DNA of 64,000 nt from Vicinamibacteria bacterium (GTDB lineage Bacteria > Acidobacteriota > Vicinamibacteria > Marinacidobacterales > Marinacidobacteraceae). Location: assembly GCA_963422395.1 (NCBI GenBank), contig OY729431.1, forward strand, positions 1,856,001-1,920,000, given 5' to 3'. A program made the position numbers and the translations under genes. The notes below the pieces were generated by a model that worked only from the letters and a program-made list of their open reading frames with translations, was not told where the DNA came from and ran no database searches. Shown in pieces: positions 30,846-40,811 of the stretch; the first letter of the stretch is position 1, and each line of letters starts with the position of its first letter.

Positions 30846-31322
30846 TCAGTCGTCCCGGCAACAGCTCCGACAGACGCCGTAGAGCTGGTGTCGATGCCAG
30901 ACCAACTGGTAGCCGTAGGCAGCAGCGATCTCCTCCTGACGCTCCTCGACCTCGGGCGAGAGGAACTCGTCGATCCGCCCGCAACGGACGCAGATCAGGT
31001 GATCGTGGTGGGCGCGGGAAAGCGCCGGCTCGAAACGGGTGAGCCCGTCCTTCAGAAAGATCGAGGAGGCGATCCGGGCCTCGCAGAAGAGCCGCAGTGC
31101 GCGGTACACCGTGGTGCGGCCGATCGCGGGGTCCGCTCCCCGCACTTCGGCGTGCACATCGTCGGCGGAGACATGCCCCCCCATCCCGAGGAACCGCTCG
31201 AGGATCAGGTCCCGCTGGCGAGACTTCTTGAGGCCCCGCTCATGCGCGAACTCCCGCAGCCGGTGGAAAGCCTCTTCGCGCATCGAGTCCGCGCTGGGCA
31301 GCGCGGGAACGGAAGTGCTCAT
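30846..31322 (-). CDS. Fur family transcriptional regulator
   Basis: TTVYRAL, HHDHLICVRC, CRSC. Confidence 0.92.
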   Translation of the reverse strand: MSTSVPALPSADSMREEAFHRLREFAHERGLKKSRQRDLILERFLGMGGHVSADDVHAEVRGADPAIGRTTVYRALRLFCEARIASSIFLKDGLTRFEPALSRAHHDHLICVRCGRIDEFLSPEVEERQEEIAAAYGYQLVWHRHQLYGVCRSCCRDD

Positions 31323-31504
31323 GACGGAACAAAGTCCCGCACCCTGATTCGGTCCGCGCGCGGGGAAACGGCGCGGCCGAGGATATCCCTTCTCGGTTTG
31401 GACATGTTGGCCGCGCCTCTTCTGCCCCGCCGGGGTCGGGGGCGCCTACCGACGGCTCGGTGTTCTTCGCCGCTGCGGGGAGCGCTCCCTTAACATGCTT
31501 TTCT

Positions 31505-31690
31505 TCAGCGTTCTTCGAAATTCCGCTTCGCTCCCAACGCGAGCAGAATGTCTGCAGTGGAGCCCCATGCCAAGTCGAGAGGAGTCGCCCCCTCGGGGGC
31601 TGCGTTGAAGCGTGGATTCCCCTTGTACTCGACCGGGACCTCGACCGGGGCGTTCAAATCCGCGCCCGCTTCCACCATTACCTCCAGGAT
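31505..31690 (-). pseudogene. Out-of-frame duplicate C-terminal ankyrin cassette
   Basis: Encodes ILEVMVEAGADLNAPVEVPVEYKGNPRFNAAPEGATPLDLAWGSTADILLALGAKRNFEER*. Tandem with 31695-31862 at a 179-bp period. Confidence 0.8.
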
Positions 31691-32262
31691 TTTTCGAAAT
31701 TCCGCTTCGCTCCCAACGCGAGCAGAATGTCTTCTTCGTAGAACCCTGCCAAGTCGAGAGGAGTCGCCCCCTCGGGTATACGGTTGCGAAGGTCCCCCCC
31801 CTTGTACTCGACCGGGTACTCGACCGGGGCGTTCAAATCCGCGCCCAGTTCCACCATTACCTTGAACATAGACGCTAACGACTCCTGCGAGCAGGGTGTC
31901 GAGAGAGCCGAGTTCGTGTCTCTAATCTGAAATCTCTCAGCGGGTGGTGTGACAACAGCTACCGCTGCGGCATGAAGCGGCGTCATGCCTAAGTTATTCC
32001 GGGCGTTCATGTCGGCCCCGGCCGCGGCGAGCAGTTCGATCGGTCTGGGATGACAGAGGTGTAGGCCTACGATATGCAGAGCGGTCTCACCACTCTCGTT
32101 CCGCGCATTCGGGTCCGCCAATCCACTCGAGAAACATTCAGCGATGTGGTCCATAGCATCGACCACCGCGAAATTCCTCAGGGCCGGCCATCCCGGGCAT
32201 CCTTTCGTCGCACCCGCCTCGGTGAGCAATTCGATCACCTCCGGGATGGGTTCAATACTATT

Positions 32263-33472
32263 GGACCCTCTGATTTATTGATTTCGTTTGGGGTATTCTG
32301 CTTTGTATCGTCTGAGGAATGGCGGTGGGGGTTGATATGCGTCAGATGAGCTTTGCGGAAGCGGGATTCGACAGGTTTCGGAAGAAGACGAGGCGGCGTC
32401 GGTTTTTGGAAGAGATGGACCGGGTGGTGCCGTGGGATGCGTTGTGCGCGGCGATCGCGCCGGTGTATCCGAAGCGGGGGCGTGGGCGACCGCCGGTGGA
32501 GCTGGAACGGATGCTGCGGATCTACTTCTTGCAGCAGTGGTTCGACCTGTCGGACCCCGGGGTGGAGGAGGCGCTCTACGAGTCGGATTCGATGCGGCGC
32601 TTCGTGGGGATCGACCTGGGGCGGGAGAGGGCGCCGGATGAGACGCGGTGTGCAAGTTCCGGCATCTGCTGGAGCGTCACGACCTGACGGAGGCGATGTT
32701 CGAGCAGGTCCAGGAGTATCTGGCGGAGCACGGGGTGCGGGTGCGGAACGGGACGATCGTGGACGCGACGATCCTGACGGCGCCGAGTTCGAGGAAGAAC
32801 CGGGCGAAGGCGCGGGCGGAGATGGGCTCGACACGGAAGGGGCAGCAGTGGTATTTCGGGATGAAGGCGCACATCGGGATGGACTCGCAGACGAAGCAGA
32901 TCCATTCGGTGGTGGCGACGGCGGCGAATGTGCACGACTCGCAGGTGTTGGCGGAGCTGCTCCACGGAGGGGAGACGCGGGTGTGGGGGGACAAGGCGTA
33001 TTGCGGGCAACGGAAGGTGATTCGAGAAGTAGCGCCGCGGGCACAGGACTTCACACAGCGGAAGGCGTTTCGGAATCAGCCTCTCACCGAGCAGCAGCGG
33101 GCGGCGAACGTCAGGAAGGCGCGGGTTCGGGCTCGGGTGGAGCATCCGTTTCAGGTGATGAAGCGGGTGTTCGGGTTTCGGGAGGTGCGGTACCGAGGCA
33201 TCGAGAAGAACTGGCATCGGGTGGTGGCGACTTGCGCGCTGGTGAACCTGTTCCAAGCCAGGAGAGTGGTGATACGGGCGCAAGAGCGCTGCGCCTGCTG
33301 AGAAGACTCGGGGAGAGAGCCGAGGGGGCTGCCCGGAGCCTGACTCTCTTGCCCGGCGCGGGGGAATACTGCCGATGAAGGTCGGCACTCGAGGTTTCCT
33401 CACGAATCGTAGAAGCCGAGCTCCATCCGATATCGAGAATCCGACTAAAAAATCATCTTGATCAGACCTTCC
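32263..33472 (+). mobile_element. IS5-family insertion sequence, 1210 bp, 4-bp TATT target duplication
   Basis: Imperfect IRs GGACCCTCTGAT and (reverse complement) GGAAGGTCTGAT. TATT at 32259-32262 and 33473-33476. Confidence 0.92.
32337..33301 (+). pseudogene. IS5 transposase with a -1 frameshift near 32646
   Basis: MRQMSF..TRRRRFL.EM, GRPP..LERMLRIYFLQQWF, PDET, then frame change to VCKFRHLLE, IVDAT, FGMKAHIG, GDKAY, RVEHPF. Confidence 0.9.
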
Positions 33473-35204
33473 TATTGTTGTAAAACTGCGCATCGTTGAG
33501 CACGGTCGCATTTCCCTTGTTCCGGATTCGCACATCCGCGCCCCCCCGGAGCAGCGCCTCGACCACTTCCGGTTCCGGAGCATACATATCCCCCACGACT
33601 GCCTTATGAAGAGGGGTCCCTCCTGAGACCCCCCCGATCGCATTCGGATCTAGCTCCATAGTCAAGAGCCTCTCGATCACGGCCGGATTCGGGTTGACTG
33701 CCGCCATGTGGAGCGCGTTCCATCCGGTCATCGTCGTACCCGCACCCGCCTGCGCGTGGACGTCCGCACCCGCGGCGAGGAGCGTCTCGAGCACAGCCAG
33801 GTTCTGGTTGTACATCGCCGCATAATGGAGAGCCGTTAAAGCTCTGCTGCTAGGGGCATCTACATCGGCACCCGCCGCGAGGAGCGCCTCGACCGTCGAC
33901 GGCTCGGCATTCCCCGCCGCCATATGGAGCGGGTTCAGTCCATCCTCATCCTGGATACTCAGATCGGCGCCGCCCGCGACGAGCGCCTCGATCACTTCCG
34001 GGGGTCTTGAGTATTGGGTTGCGAAGTGCAGCGGGGTTTCGTCAGGCTCATCGATACCATGATTCTGGGCGTCCGGATCCGCACCGCCCCTGATCAGCGT
34101 TTCGATCATTCTCGTGGTTTCGATCACTCCTCGCTTCTTGGAGGATTCGATCGTGCTATGGAGCGGAGTTTCTCCGAAGCCGTTCCGCCCGTTTGGATTC
34201 GCGCCCGCTGCGATCAGCGCTTCGAGAACCGCGGGATCCTGGGAGACACCAGCTGCGCCGTGCAGCAGGGTATCGTGGTAATTGTCTCGTACGTTCGGGT
34301 CCAGCCCCGCGGCCAGACACGCCGCCACGATTTCTATCGGGCTGCTCTTGAAAAAGCGAATCTGATCGGATACATCGCATTCCAGATCTTGCGATTCTCC
34401 GGAACGTTCGGAGCTCTCGGCCGTGCTTCCGGCCGCAGGAGCAGCGGCGTCCGGATCAGCGGCGCCCGGGCGCGCCGAGGACTTCTGAGTTTCGACCGGG
34501 TTCTCGGCTTCCCCACCGCCTTCGGAGCTCGACTCCCCGCCCCTCCTTCCGAACGACCTCAGCACGCCACCCACGCGAGACGCCGTCCGGGAAGCGCGCC
34601 GGGCCACTCTCGCCGTCGCTTCGACCGTTTCCGCACTCTCTCTCCCGCCGGGGATCGCCTCGAACACTGCCGAGTTCGCCGCGGCCTCCGCGACGGCCTG
34701 CGGGGTCAGGCCCTCTCCGTTCAGCGCGGTCAGATCCGCACCCGCCGCGACCAGCGACTCGATCACCGCCGAGTCACTGGATTCCGCCGCGAAATGCAGC
34801 GCCGTCCAACCGGCCTCGGACCGGAGATTCGGGTCGGCGCCCGCCTCGATCAGCGCGTCGATCACCTCCAGCGAGGCTTCCGCCCTGGCCGCGAGGTGGA
34901 GCGGGGTCAGGCCCCCCTCGGCGCGAGCGTTCGGATCTGCACCCGCCGCAAGACACGCCTCCACTTCCTCCACCTCGGCACTCTCGAAAAAGCCCGGCGT
35001 GTTCCAGCCCCGGCAATCGGTTTCCGTCCGGTCGGAGAGCAGCCGCTTGGCGAGCCGTCCGAACTGGGCGGCGGCCTCCGCGGGAGCGGCCCACGAAAAG
35101 ACCACCGAACTCAGGACCGCCGCAGCGCCGAACCCGCGCATTCTCTTCCTCTTCGTCATGTCTTCCCTCTCTTTCGACTCCCGGCCCCCAGCCGGAAGAC
35201 GACT

Positions 35205-35223
35205 ACTCTATCCACAGATTGTC
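35205..35223. repeat. Possible degenerate right-end remnant of the TIR-element family
   Basis: ACTCTATCCACAGATTG resembles the consensus ACTTCGTCCACAGRCTG. Confidence 0.35.
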
Positions 35224-35370
35224 GAGCCCCCGGCCCCTCTCGCGTCGGCGAGGCCGGAGAGAGCTTGCGAGCCTCTACAGGACCAGCGGCAGGAAGCCTT
35301 CGTCCACCGGCAGCCCGCCCCGTCCGTATCCGATGCGCCGGCCTCCCTTCTAGAATCCGCGCGGTTCCCC

Positions 35371-36561
35371 TTGCGCATTCTCTACCTCGATCTCTCCGCC
35401 GGCATTTCGGGAGACATGCTGCTGGGCGCGCTGGTGGACATCGGGGTTCCGCGCGAAACCCTCGAGGAAACGGTTGCCGCGCTGGGCTGCCCGGTATCGC
35501 TGACGTTCGAAGAGAGTGCCCGCGGCGGACTTCGCGGGACTCGAGCCCGCGTCGAAGCACCGGACGACCGGGGGCACCGCCGCCTCGCGGATTTCCTGGC
35601 CGCTCTGGACCGGAGCCGGCTCTCCGGCGATGTCCCGGAGCGAGCGGCCCAACTGCTCCGCCGGATCTTCGAAGCCGAAGCCCGGATCCACGGCATGACC
35701 CCCGAGTCGGTCCACCTTCACGAACTCGGCTCCCTCGACACCCTGGTGGACATCGTGGGAGCGGTCGCCGGAGTCGCCTGCCTCGACCCCGATCAGGTCG
35801 TGGGTTCCCCCGTCAACCTCGGCAGCGGCTCGGTCGAGGCCGAGCACGGCACCCTCGAAATCCCCGCCCCGGCCACCGGCATGCTGCTGCGCGGCGTGCC
35901 GACATTCTCCGACGGGTCCGGTTTCGAGCGCACCACTCCGACCGGAGCAGTTCTGACCGGGCTCGCCTGCTCCTTCGGCGGCTGGCCCCCGATGACCGCC
36001 GAACGGATCGGATACGGCCTCGGTTCCGCCGATCCGCAGGAGGGGCGTCCGAACGCGCTGCGCGTGGTGCTCGGGTCCGCCCCTGACCTCGCTGACCACG
36101 CCGGCCGGGTGGTCATCGTCGTCGAGACGACGCTCGACGACCTGCAGCCCGAGCTCGCGCCGCACCTGATCGAGAGCCTGCTCGCCGCGGGCGCGCGGGA
36201 TGCCTTCTTCACCCCGGTGCAGATGAAAAAGGGTCGGCCCGGACTGTTGTTGACCGCCCTCGCCGATCCCGCTCGCCGGGAGGCGGTCGTGGCGGCCCTG
36301 TTCTCGGAGAGCACGACACTCGGTGTCCGGATCACGGAGGCGGAGCGGGAGACCCTGGAGCGCCGCGTCGTCTCCGCCCGTACGCCGTGGGGGGAAGTCG
36401 GGCTCAAGATCGGAATGCGGGGTGGAAACGTGGTCAACCGAGCTCCGGAATTCGAGGATTGCCGGCGTCTCGCGGCGTCCGCCGGCGTTCCCCTGAAGGA
36501 GATCTACCGGCACGCGCTCGGCGCGCCTCTCCCCGAGCTCTTCGGCCGGGACCGAAAGTGA
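35371..36561 (+). CDS. larC: Nickel-pincer cofactor biosynthesis protein LarC
   Basis: YLD..AGISGDMLLGAL, VHLHELG, PAPAT, TPTGA, MKKGRPG, STTLGVR, PEFEDC. Confidence 0.93.
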   Translation: MRILYLDLSAGISGDMLLGALVDIGVPRETLEETVAALGCPVSLTFEESARGGLRGTRARVEAPDDRGHRRLADFLAALDRSRLSGDVPERAAQLLRRIFEAEARIHGMTPESVHLHELGSLDTLVDIVGAVAGVACLDPDQVVGSPVNLGSGSVEAEHGTLEIPAPATGMLLRGVPTFSDGSGFERTTPTGAVLTGLACSFGGWPPMTAERIGYGLGSADPQEGRPNALRVVLGSAPDLADHAGRVVIVVETTLDDLQPELAPHLIESLLAAGARDAFFTPVQMKKGRPGLLLTALADPARREAVVAALFSESTTLGVRITEAERETLERRVVSARTPWGEVGLKIGMRGGNVVNRAPEFEDCRRLAASAGVPLKEIYRHALGAPLPELFGRDRK

Positions 36562-37400
36562 CCGACTCGCACGCCCACCTCGACCAACCGGCGTTCGATC
36601 CCGATCGCCGCCCGGTCCTCGAGCGGGCGCGCGCCGCCGGAGTCGAAATCGTCGTCTCCATCGGGATGCTCGACGCCGAGGAGTCGTGGCGGCGCACCTT
36701 CGCCCTCGTGAGCGACCTCCATCCCGGCGGCAGCGATCACGAAGAGCCGGGACTCCCGCAAATCTTCACTACCATCGGCTGCCATCCCCATGAAGCGCGC
36801 CTCTTCGACTCGTTCGGCGGGGAGAAACGACTCACCGACCTCGCACGCCGTCCGAGACTGCTCGCCATCGGCGAGGTCGGGCTCGATTACCACTACGACC
36901 GGAGCCCCCGCCCGGAACAGCGCGACACTTTCCGCCGGCAGATCCGGGTGGCCCGCGAGCTCGATCTTCCGGTGGTGGTGCATCAGCGAGACGCGGAGGA
37001 CGACTTCTTGCGGATCGCCGACGAAGAGGGACTTTCGGAATGCGGCGCCGTCCTCCATTGCTTCACCGCGAGCGAGCGGCTCGCCGAGGCCGCCGTCGAA
37101 CGCGGTTTCCTGATCTCGTTCTCCGGGATCCTCACCTTCCGGGGAGCGGGCGATCTCCGCCGAACTGCAGCCCGAGTGCCGCTCGACCACCTCCTCGTCG
37201 AAACCGACTGCCCGTATCTCGCCCCGATCCCGCACCGCGGACGACGCGCCGAGCCCGCGATGGTGGTGGAAACCGCCCGGTGCCTCGCTGCCGAAAGGAG
37301 CGCCGCGCTCCCGGACCTCGAAGCGGCCACCGACGCCAACTTCCGCCGGTTCTTCCTCGGAGGATCCCGCACCGGGACCCCGGCACCCACCGTGCGATAA
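36558..37400 (+). CDS. TatD family hydrolase
   Basis: DSHAHL, GCHPH, IGEVGLDY, VLHCF, ETDCPYLAP. Confidence 0.93.
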   Translation: MTDSHAHLDQPAFDPDRRPVLERARAAGVEIVVSIGMLDAEESWRRTFALVSDLHPGGSDHEEPGLPQIFTTIGCHPHEARLFDSFGGEKRLTDLARRPRLLAIGEVGLDYHYDRSPRPEQRDTFRRQIRVARELDLPVVVHQRDAEDDFLRIADEEGLSECGAVLHCFTASERLAEAAVERGFLISFSGILTFRGAGDLRRTAARVPLDHLLVETDCPYLAPIPHRGRRAEPAMVVETARCLAAERSAALPDLEAATDANFRRFFLGGSRTGTPAPTVR

Positions 37401-37414
37401 TCGGCGGTCGGCCC

Positions 37415-38413
37415 ATGCTCTCCGTATCGAGCCCCTCAGGGGTATTGATCGAGCTGGAGGCGGAGATCGCTCCCGATCTCGCCGAGGTGGAACGCATCCT
37501 CGCCGCGCGGGTGGAAAGCGATCTAGAGCTCATCCGGCTGGCCAGCCGGTACCTCTACCGGAGCGGCGGCAAGCGGATCCGCCCGATGCTGCTGCTGCTC
37601 GCCGCACGGGCCGCGGGAGGCGACGGCGGCGGCGGCGGCGCGTACTACGGCGCCATGGTCGAGATCATGCATACGGCCACCCTCGTCCACGACGACATCG
37701 TGGACGCCGCCGACACCCGGCGCGGGCAGGAATCGCTGAACAATCTGCTCGGCAACGACCTGACGGTCCTGATCGGCGACTTCCTCTACATCCAATCCAT
37801 GTCGCTGGCGGTCGAAGGAGAAAAGCCCCGGATCGTCGCCCTGATGTGCGATCTGACGATGCGCATGATCGAGGGGATGCTTCTCGAAAAGGCCCGCGCC
37901 GGCATCTTGGGCCTGACCCGGGACGAACACCTGGAGATCCTCCGCCTCAAGACGGCCTACCTGTTCCACGGATGCGGCAGGATGGGCGCGATGATCGCGG
38001 AGGCGCCGCCCGAGGTCGAACGAGCGCTCGGGGACTACTGCATGAATCTGGGGATGGCGTTCCAGGTGGCCGACGATCTGTTCGATTTCACCGCGAGCGC
38101 CGCCGAAGTCGGCAAGCCGGTCCTGAGCGACCTCAAAGACGGCCACCTCACGCTGCCCATCCTCTATGCCCTCGAACAGGAGCCGGCTGCGATACCGCTG
38201 GTAGAAGGCGTGCTCGAGAGTGGACGACTCAACCCCGAGGCGCACAAGGAAATCCTTTCGCTCGTCGAGCGGCAGGGCGGACTCGACGAAGCGCGGCGGG
38301 TGGCCGAGGGCTTCACCGCCGCCGCGCGCAAGGCGCTCGCCCCGCTGCCGCCGTCTCCCTATCGGGACGGGTTCGAGGCGCTTGCCGAGTATGTGATCTG
38401 GCGCGACCGCTGA
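37415..38413 (+). CDS. Polyprenyl diphosphate synthase (IspB-like)
   Basis: GGKRIRP, LVHDDIVD..RRG, KTA, FQVADDLFD. Confidence 0.93.
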   Translation: MLSVSSPSGVLIELEAEIAPDLAEVERILAARVESDLELIRLASRYLYRSGGKRIRPMLLLLAARAAGGDGGGGGAYYGAMVEIMHTATLVHDDIVDAADTRRGQESLNNLLGNDLTVLIGDFLYIQSMSLAVEGEKPRIVALMCDLTMRMIEGMLLEKARAGILGLTRDEHLEILRLKTAYLFHGCGRMGAMIAEAPPEVERALGDYCMNLGMAFQVADDLFDFTASAAEVGKPVLSDLKDGHLTLPILYALEQEPAAIPLVEGVLESGRLNPEAHKEILSLVERQGGLDEARRVAEGFTAAARKALAPLPPSPYRDGFEALAEYVIWRDR

Positions 38414-38877
38414 ACCTCCGATTTCCGCCCTATCGCCACCGGCCGGGCCAAACACCGCACCCGGAACGGGATCCGGGAGGGCATCGACTGCTGGAACAGC
38501 TGCCCCGAGAGCTGCTGCCGGCGGCGCCGGTTCCCTTGGCGGCGCTTCTCGACGCGGCGCTCTTCGACTACGGCGAGCGCCTGCTGCGGGCCGGGTACGC
38601 CTGGGAAGCCCACGCGGTCTGGGAAGAGCTCTGGCGCGCCGCGAAAGCTTCGGCGGAAGGGAACCAGACGCCCGAGAGCGAAGCGCTGCGCGCCTTCATC
38701 CAGCTCGCCGCCGCCGCGCTCAAGCACGAGCTCGGCAACGCTGCCGGAAGCCGGAAACTCCTCGCGGCGGCGGCGCGCTCTCTCCATCGCGCCGATCGCG
38801 GCGGCCGGGCAGCAGAGAGGATCGAAAGACGCTTCCGGGAACTTTCGACAGCGTGCGGGCTAGCAGCCCATGGATGA
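38410..38877 (+). CDS. DUF309 domain protein (start uncertain; stop lies inside a repeat element)
   Basis: PPY..RPGQTPHP, YAWEAHAVWEELW, IQLAAA. Confidence 0.75.
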   Translation: MNLRFPPYRHRPGQTPHPERDPGGHRLLEQLPRELLPAAPVPLAALLDAALFDYGERLLRAGYAWEAHAVWEELWRAAKASAEGNQTPESEALRAFIQLAAAALKHELGNAAGSRKLLAAAARSLHRADRGGRAAERIERRFRELSTACGLAAHG

Positions 38878-39076
38878 AGTGGCGCGAGCACCGAGACCGG
38901 GCCAGTTCTCCCGGTGGGGGGGCGGCGCCTGGCTGACAAGGCGCGATTCGGGAGGCATACCGGGCGTATTCCGACTGATTTGCAACGAAGAGCGAAGCGG
39001 TTCAGCCAGGGACCCCACCGGGAGGACTGGGCATCGCCGGTCGACTGCCGTGTGACTTCGTCCAGGGGCGGGCTAG
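38860..39076. mobile_element. TIR element (MITE-like) copy A1, module alpha
   Basis: CTAG-CAGCCCATGGATGAAGT...ACTTCGTCCAGGGGCGGG-CTAG. Internal IR CCAGTTCTCCCGGTGGGG/CCCCACCGGGAGGACTGG. Confidence 0.85.
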
Positions 39077-39085
39077 CATCCTGAA

Positions 39086-40339
39086 ATGCCTCTCCCGCCG
39101 CCCGGAGACGAGGACATCGCGGTGCTCGTGGTGGACGATGAAGCGGTGATCCGCCGATCGCTCCGCCGGCGGCTGCGCTACGAGGGCTGGAGAGTCTCCG
39201 AAGCAGCCTCGGGGCCCGAGGCATTGGCCGCGCTAGAACGCGAACCGGTGGACCTCGTCGTCCTCGACATCAAGATGCCGGGGATGGACGGCATGGAAGT
39301 GCTCGAGCGCATCCGCTCCGAGCGACCCGCGATCGCGGTGGTGATGCACACCGGCCACGGGGATATCGAGACCGCGGTGCGGGCGATCCAGGCCGGAGCA
39401 GCGCACTTCCTCGAAAAGGGGGGAGGCGGAGACATCGGGGCCTGTCTGCGGATGGCGATCGAGAAGACCGCCACGCTCGAGCGGAAGCGCCTCGAAGGGG
39501 AGAACCGGCGCCTCGCCGCCGAAGTCGAGGAACATCGGAACCGGCAGGGTGCACAACGGCAACTGGTGGGGGACTCCCCGGTGCTGCGTGCGGTGCGCGA
39601 GCGGATCGAACGGGTGGCGCCGAGCGATGTGCGGGTGCTCATCACCGGGGAATCGGGCACCGGGAAGGAGGTCGCGGCGCGGCTCCTCCACGACGAAAGC
39701 CCCCGGGCGGGGGGGCCGTTCATCGAAGTCAACTGCGCCGCGATTCCCGAAGAGCTCATCGAGAGCGAACTGTTCGGTGCCGAGCGCGGCTCCTACACCG
39801 GAGCGCACCGGCAGAGGATCGGAAAGTTCGAGCAGGCGAACGGCGGCACTCTGTTCCTCGACGAGGTGGGCGACATGAGCCCGCGCACCCAAGCCAAAGT
39901 GCTGCGCGCGCTCGAGGAGCAACGGATCACCCGGGTCGGCGGCTCGAGTCCGGTCGCAGTGGATGTGCGGGTTCTCTCGGCGACGAACCAGAACCTCCGC
40001 CGGCAGGGCTTCCGCAGCGACCTGCTCCACCGGCTGGAGGTGATTCCTCTCGAGATGCCCCCTCTCCGGGAGCGCCGGGAAGACATCCCCGCACTCGTGG
40101 GCCATTTCCTCGAAACTCTCGAGCAGAACGAACACCAACGCCCCCGCCCGTTCACCGCCGGGGCGCTCCAGACGCTCGCGGCGCACTCGTTCCCGGGGAA
40201 TGTGCGCGAGCTCCGAAACCTCGTCGAACGGCTGCTGATCCTGAGCCCCGGAGACGAGATCGAGGAGGCCGATGTGCGGGAACAGCTGCGCGGCGGCGGC
40301 CCATCCCGGCCCGATGGAAACGGCGAAAACAACGATTGA
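39086..40339 (+). CDS. NtrC/NtrX-like response regulator with AAA+ domain, no C-terminal HTH
   Basis: LVVDDE, LDIKMPG, GESGTGKE, ESELFG, GSYTGA, LFLDEVGD, FPGNVREL. Confidence 0.9.
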   Translation: MPLPPPGDEDIAVLVVDDEAVIRRSLRRRLRYEGWRVSEAASGPEALAALEREPVDLVVLDIKMPGMDGMEVLERIRSERPAIAVVMHTGHGDIETAVRAIQAGAAHFLEKGGGGDIGACLRMAIEKTATLERKRLEGENRRLAAEVEEHRNRQGAQRQLVGDSPVLRAVRERIERVAPSDVRVLITGESGTGKEVAARLLHDESPRAGGPFIEVNCAAIPEELIESELFGAERGSYTGAHRQRIGKFEQANGGTLFLDEVGDMSPRTQAKVLRALEEQRITRVGGSSPVAVDVRVLSATNQNLRRQGFRSDLLHRLEVIPLEMPPLRERREDIPALVGHFLETLEQNEHQRPRPFTAGALQTLAAHSFPGNVRELRNLVERLLILSPGDEIEEADVREQLRGGGPSRPDGNGENND

Positions 40340-40446
40340 CGCGGCGGCCGAGAGAGCTGTTCGTTCGGCCGCCAACGAGCGGCTGAGGGTCGCGGAGACG
40401 ATGAGGGACTGCGGAAGGTAGAAGCAGAGTAGAATTCCCCCGGTTC

Positions 40447-40811
40447 GAGTCGTTCAGACGGTCGCCGGCTCGTTCGAGCGGGAGGAAAGTCCGAACTCCG
40501 AAAGGCAGTGCGCTGGATAACTCCCAGTCCGGGTGACCGGAAGGAAAGTGCCACAGAAAACAAACCGCCTCTTCCTTCGGGAGCGGCAAGGGTGAAAAGG
40601 TGCGGTAAGAGCGCACCGCCCGGGCAGTGATGTTCGGGGCACGGTAAACCCCGCATGGAGCAAGACCAAATAGAGAAGCGTCCGAGGGCCGCCTGTCCGA
40701 GCTTCCGGGTAGGTCGCTCGATCCGTCGGGCAACCGGCGGGCTAGATGCATGACCGTCGCCGCGTTCCGGGAAACCGGCTCGCGGAACAGAATTCGGCTT
40801 ACGAGCGGCTC
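40447..40811 (+). ncRNA. rnpB: RNase P RNA (bacterial class A)
   Basis: GAGGAAAGTCC, AGTGCCACAGAAA, GGTAAACCCC..GAGCAAG, AACAGAATTCGGCTTA; paired P1 ends. Confidence 0.97.

Larger units (their letters stand above)
31678..35159 (-). pseudogene. Secreted ankyrin-repeat protein (about 755 aa when restored) interrupted by IS5
   Basis: Signal peptide and many G.TPLH.AA..L..AGAD.NA repeats. Removing 32263-33472 plus one TATT joins ..QFYNN-SIEPIPEVIELL.. in frame. Confidence 0.9.

Noticed and set aside
31505-31870. Classical DGR template/variable repeat pair
   Set aside because: Differences are not restricted to adenines in either copy, and there is no reverse transcriptase in the window.
32630-32660. 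Programmed frameshift in the IS5 transposase
   Set aside because: No slippery run at the break; it looks like a 1-bp deletion in the PDET-T-VCKF region or a sequencing error.
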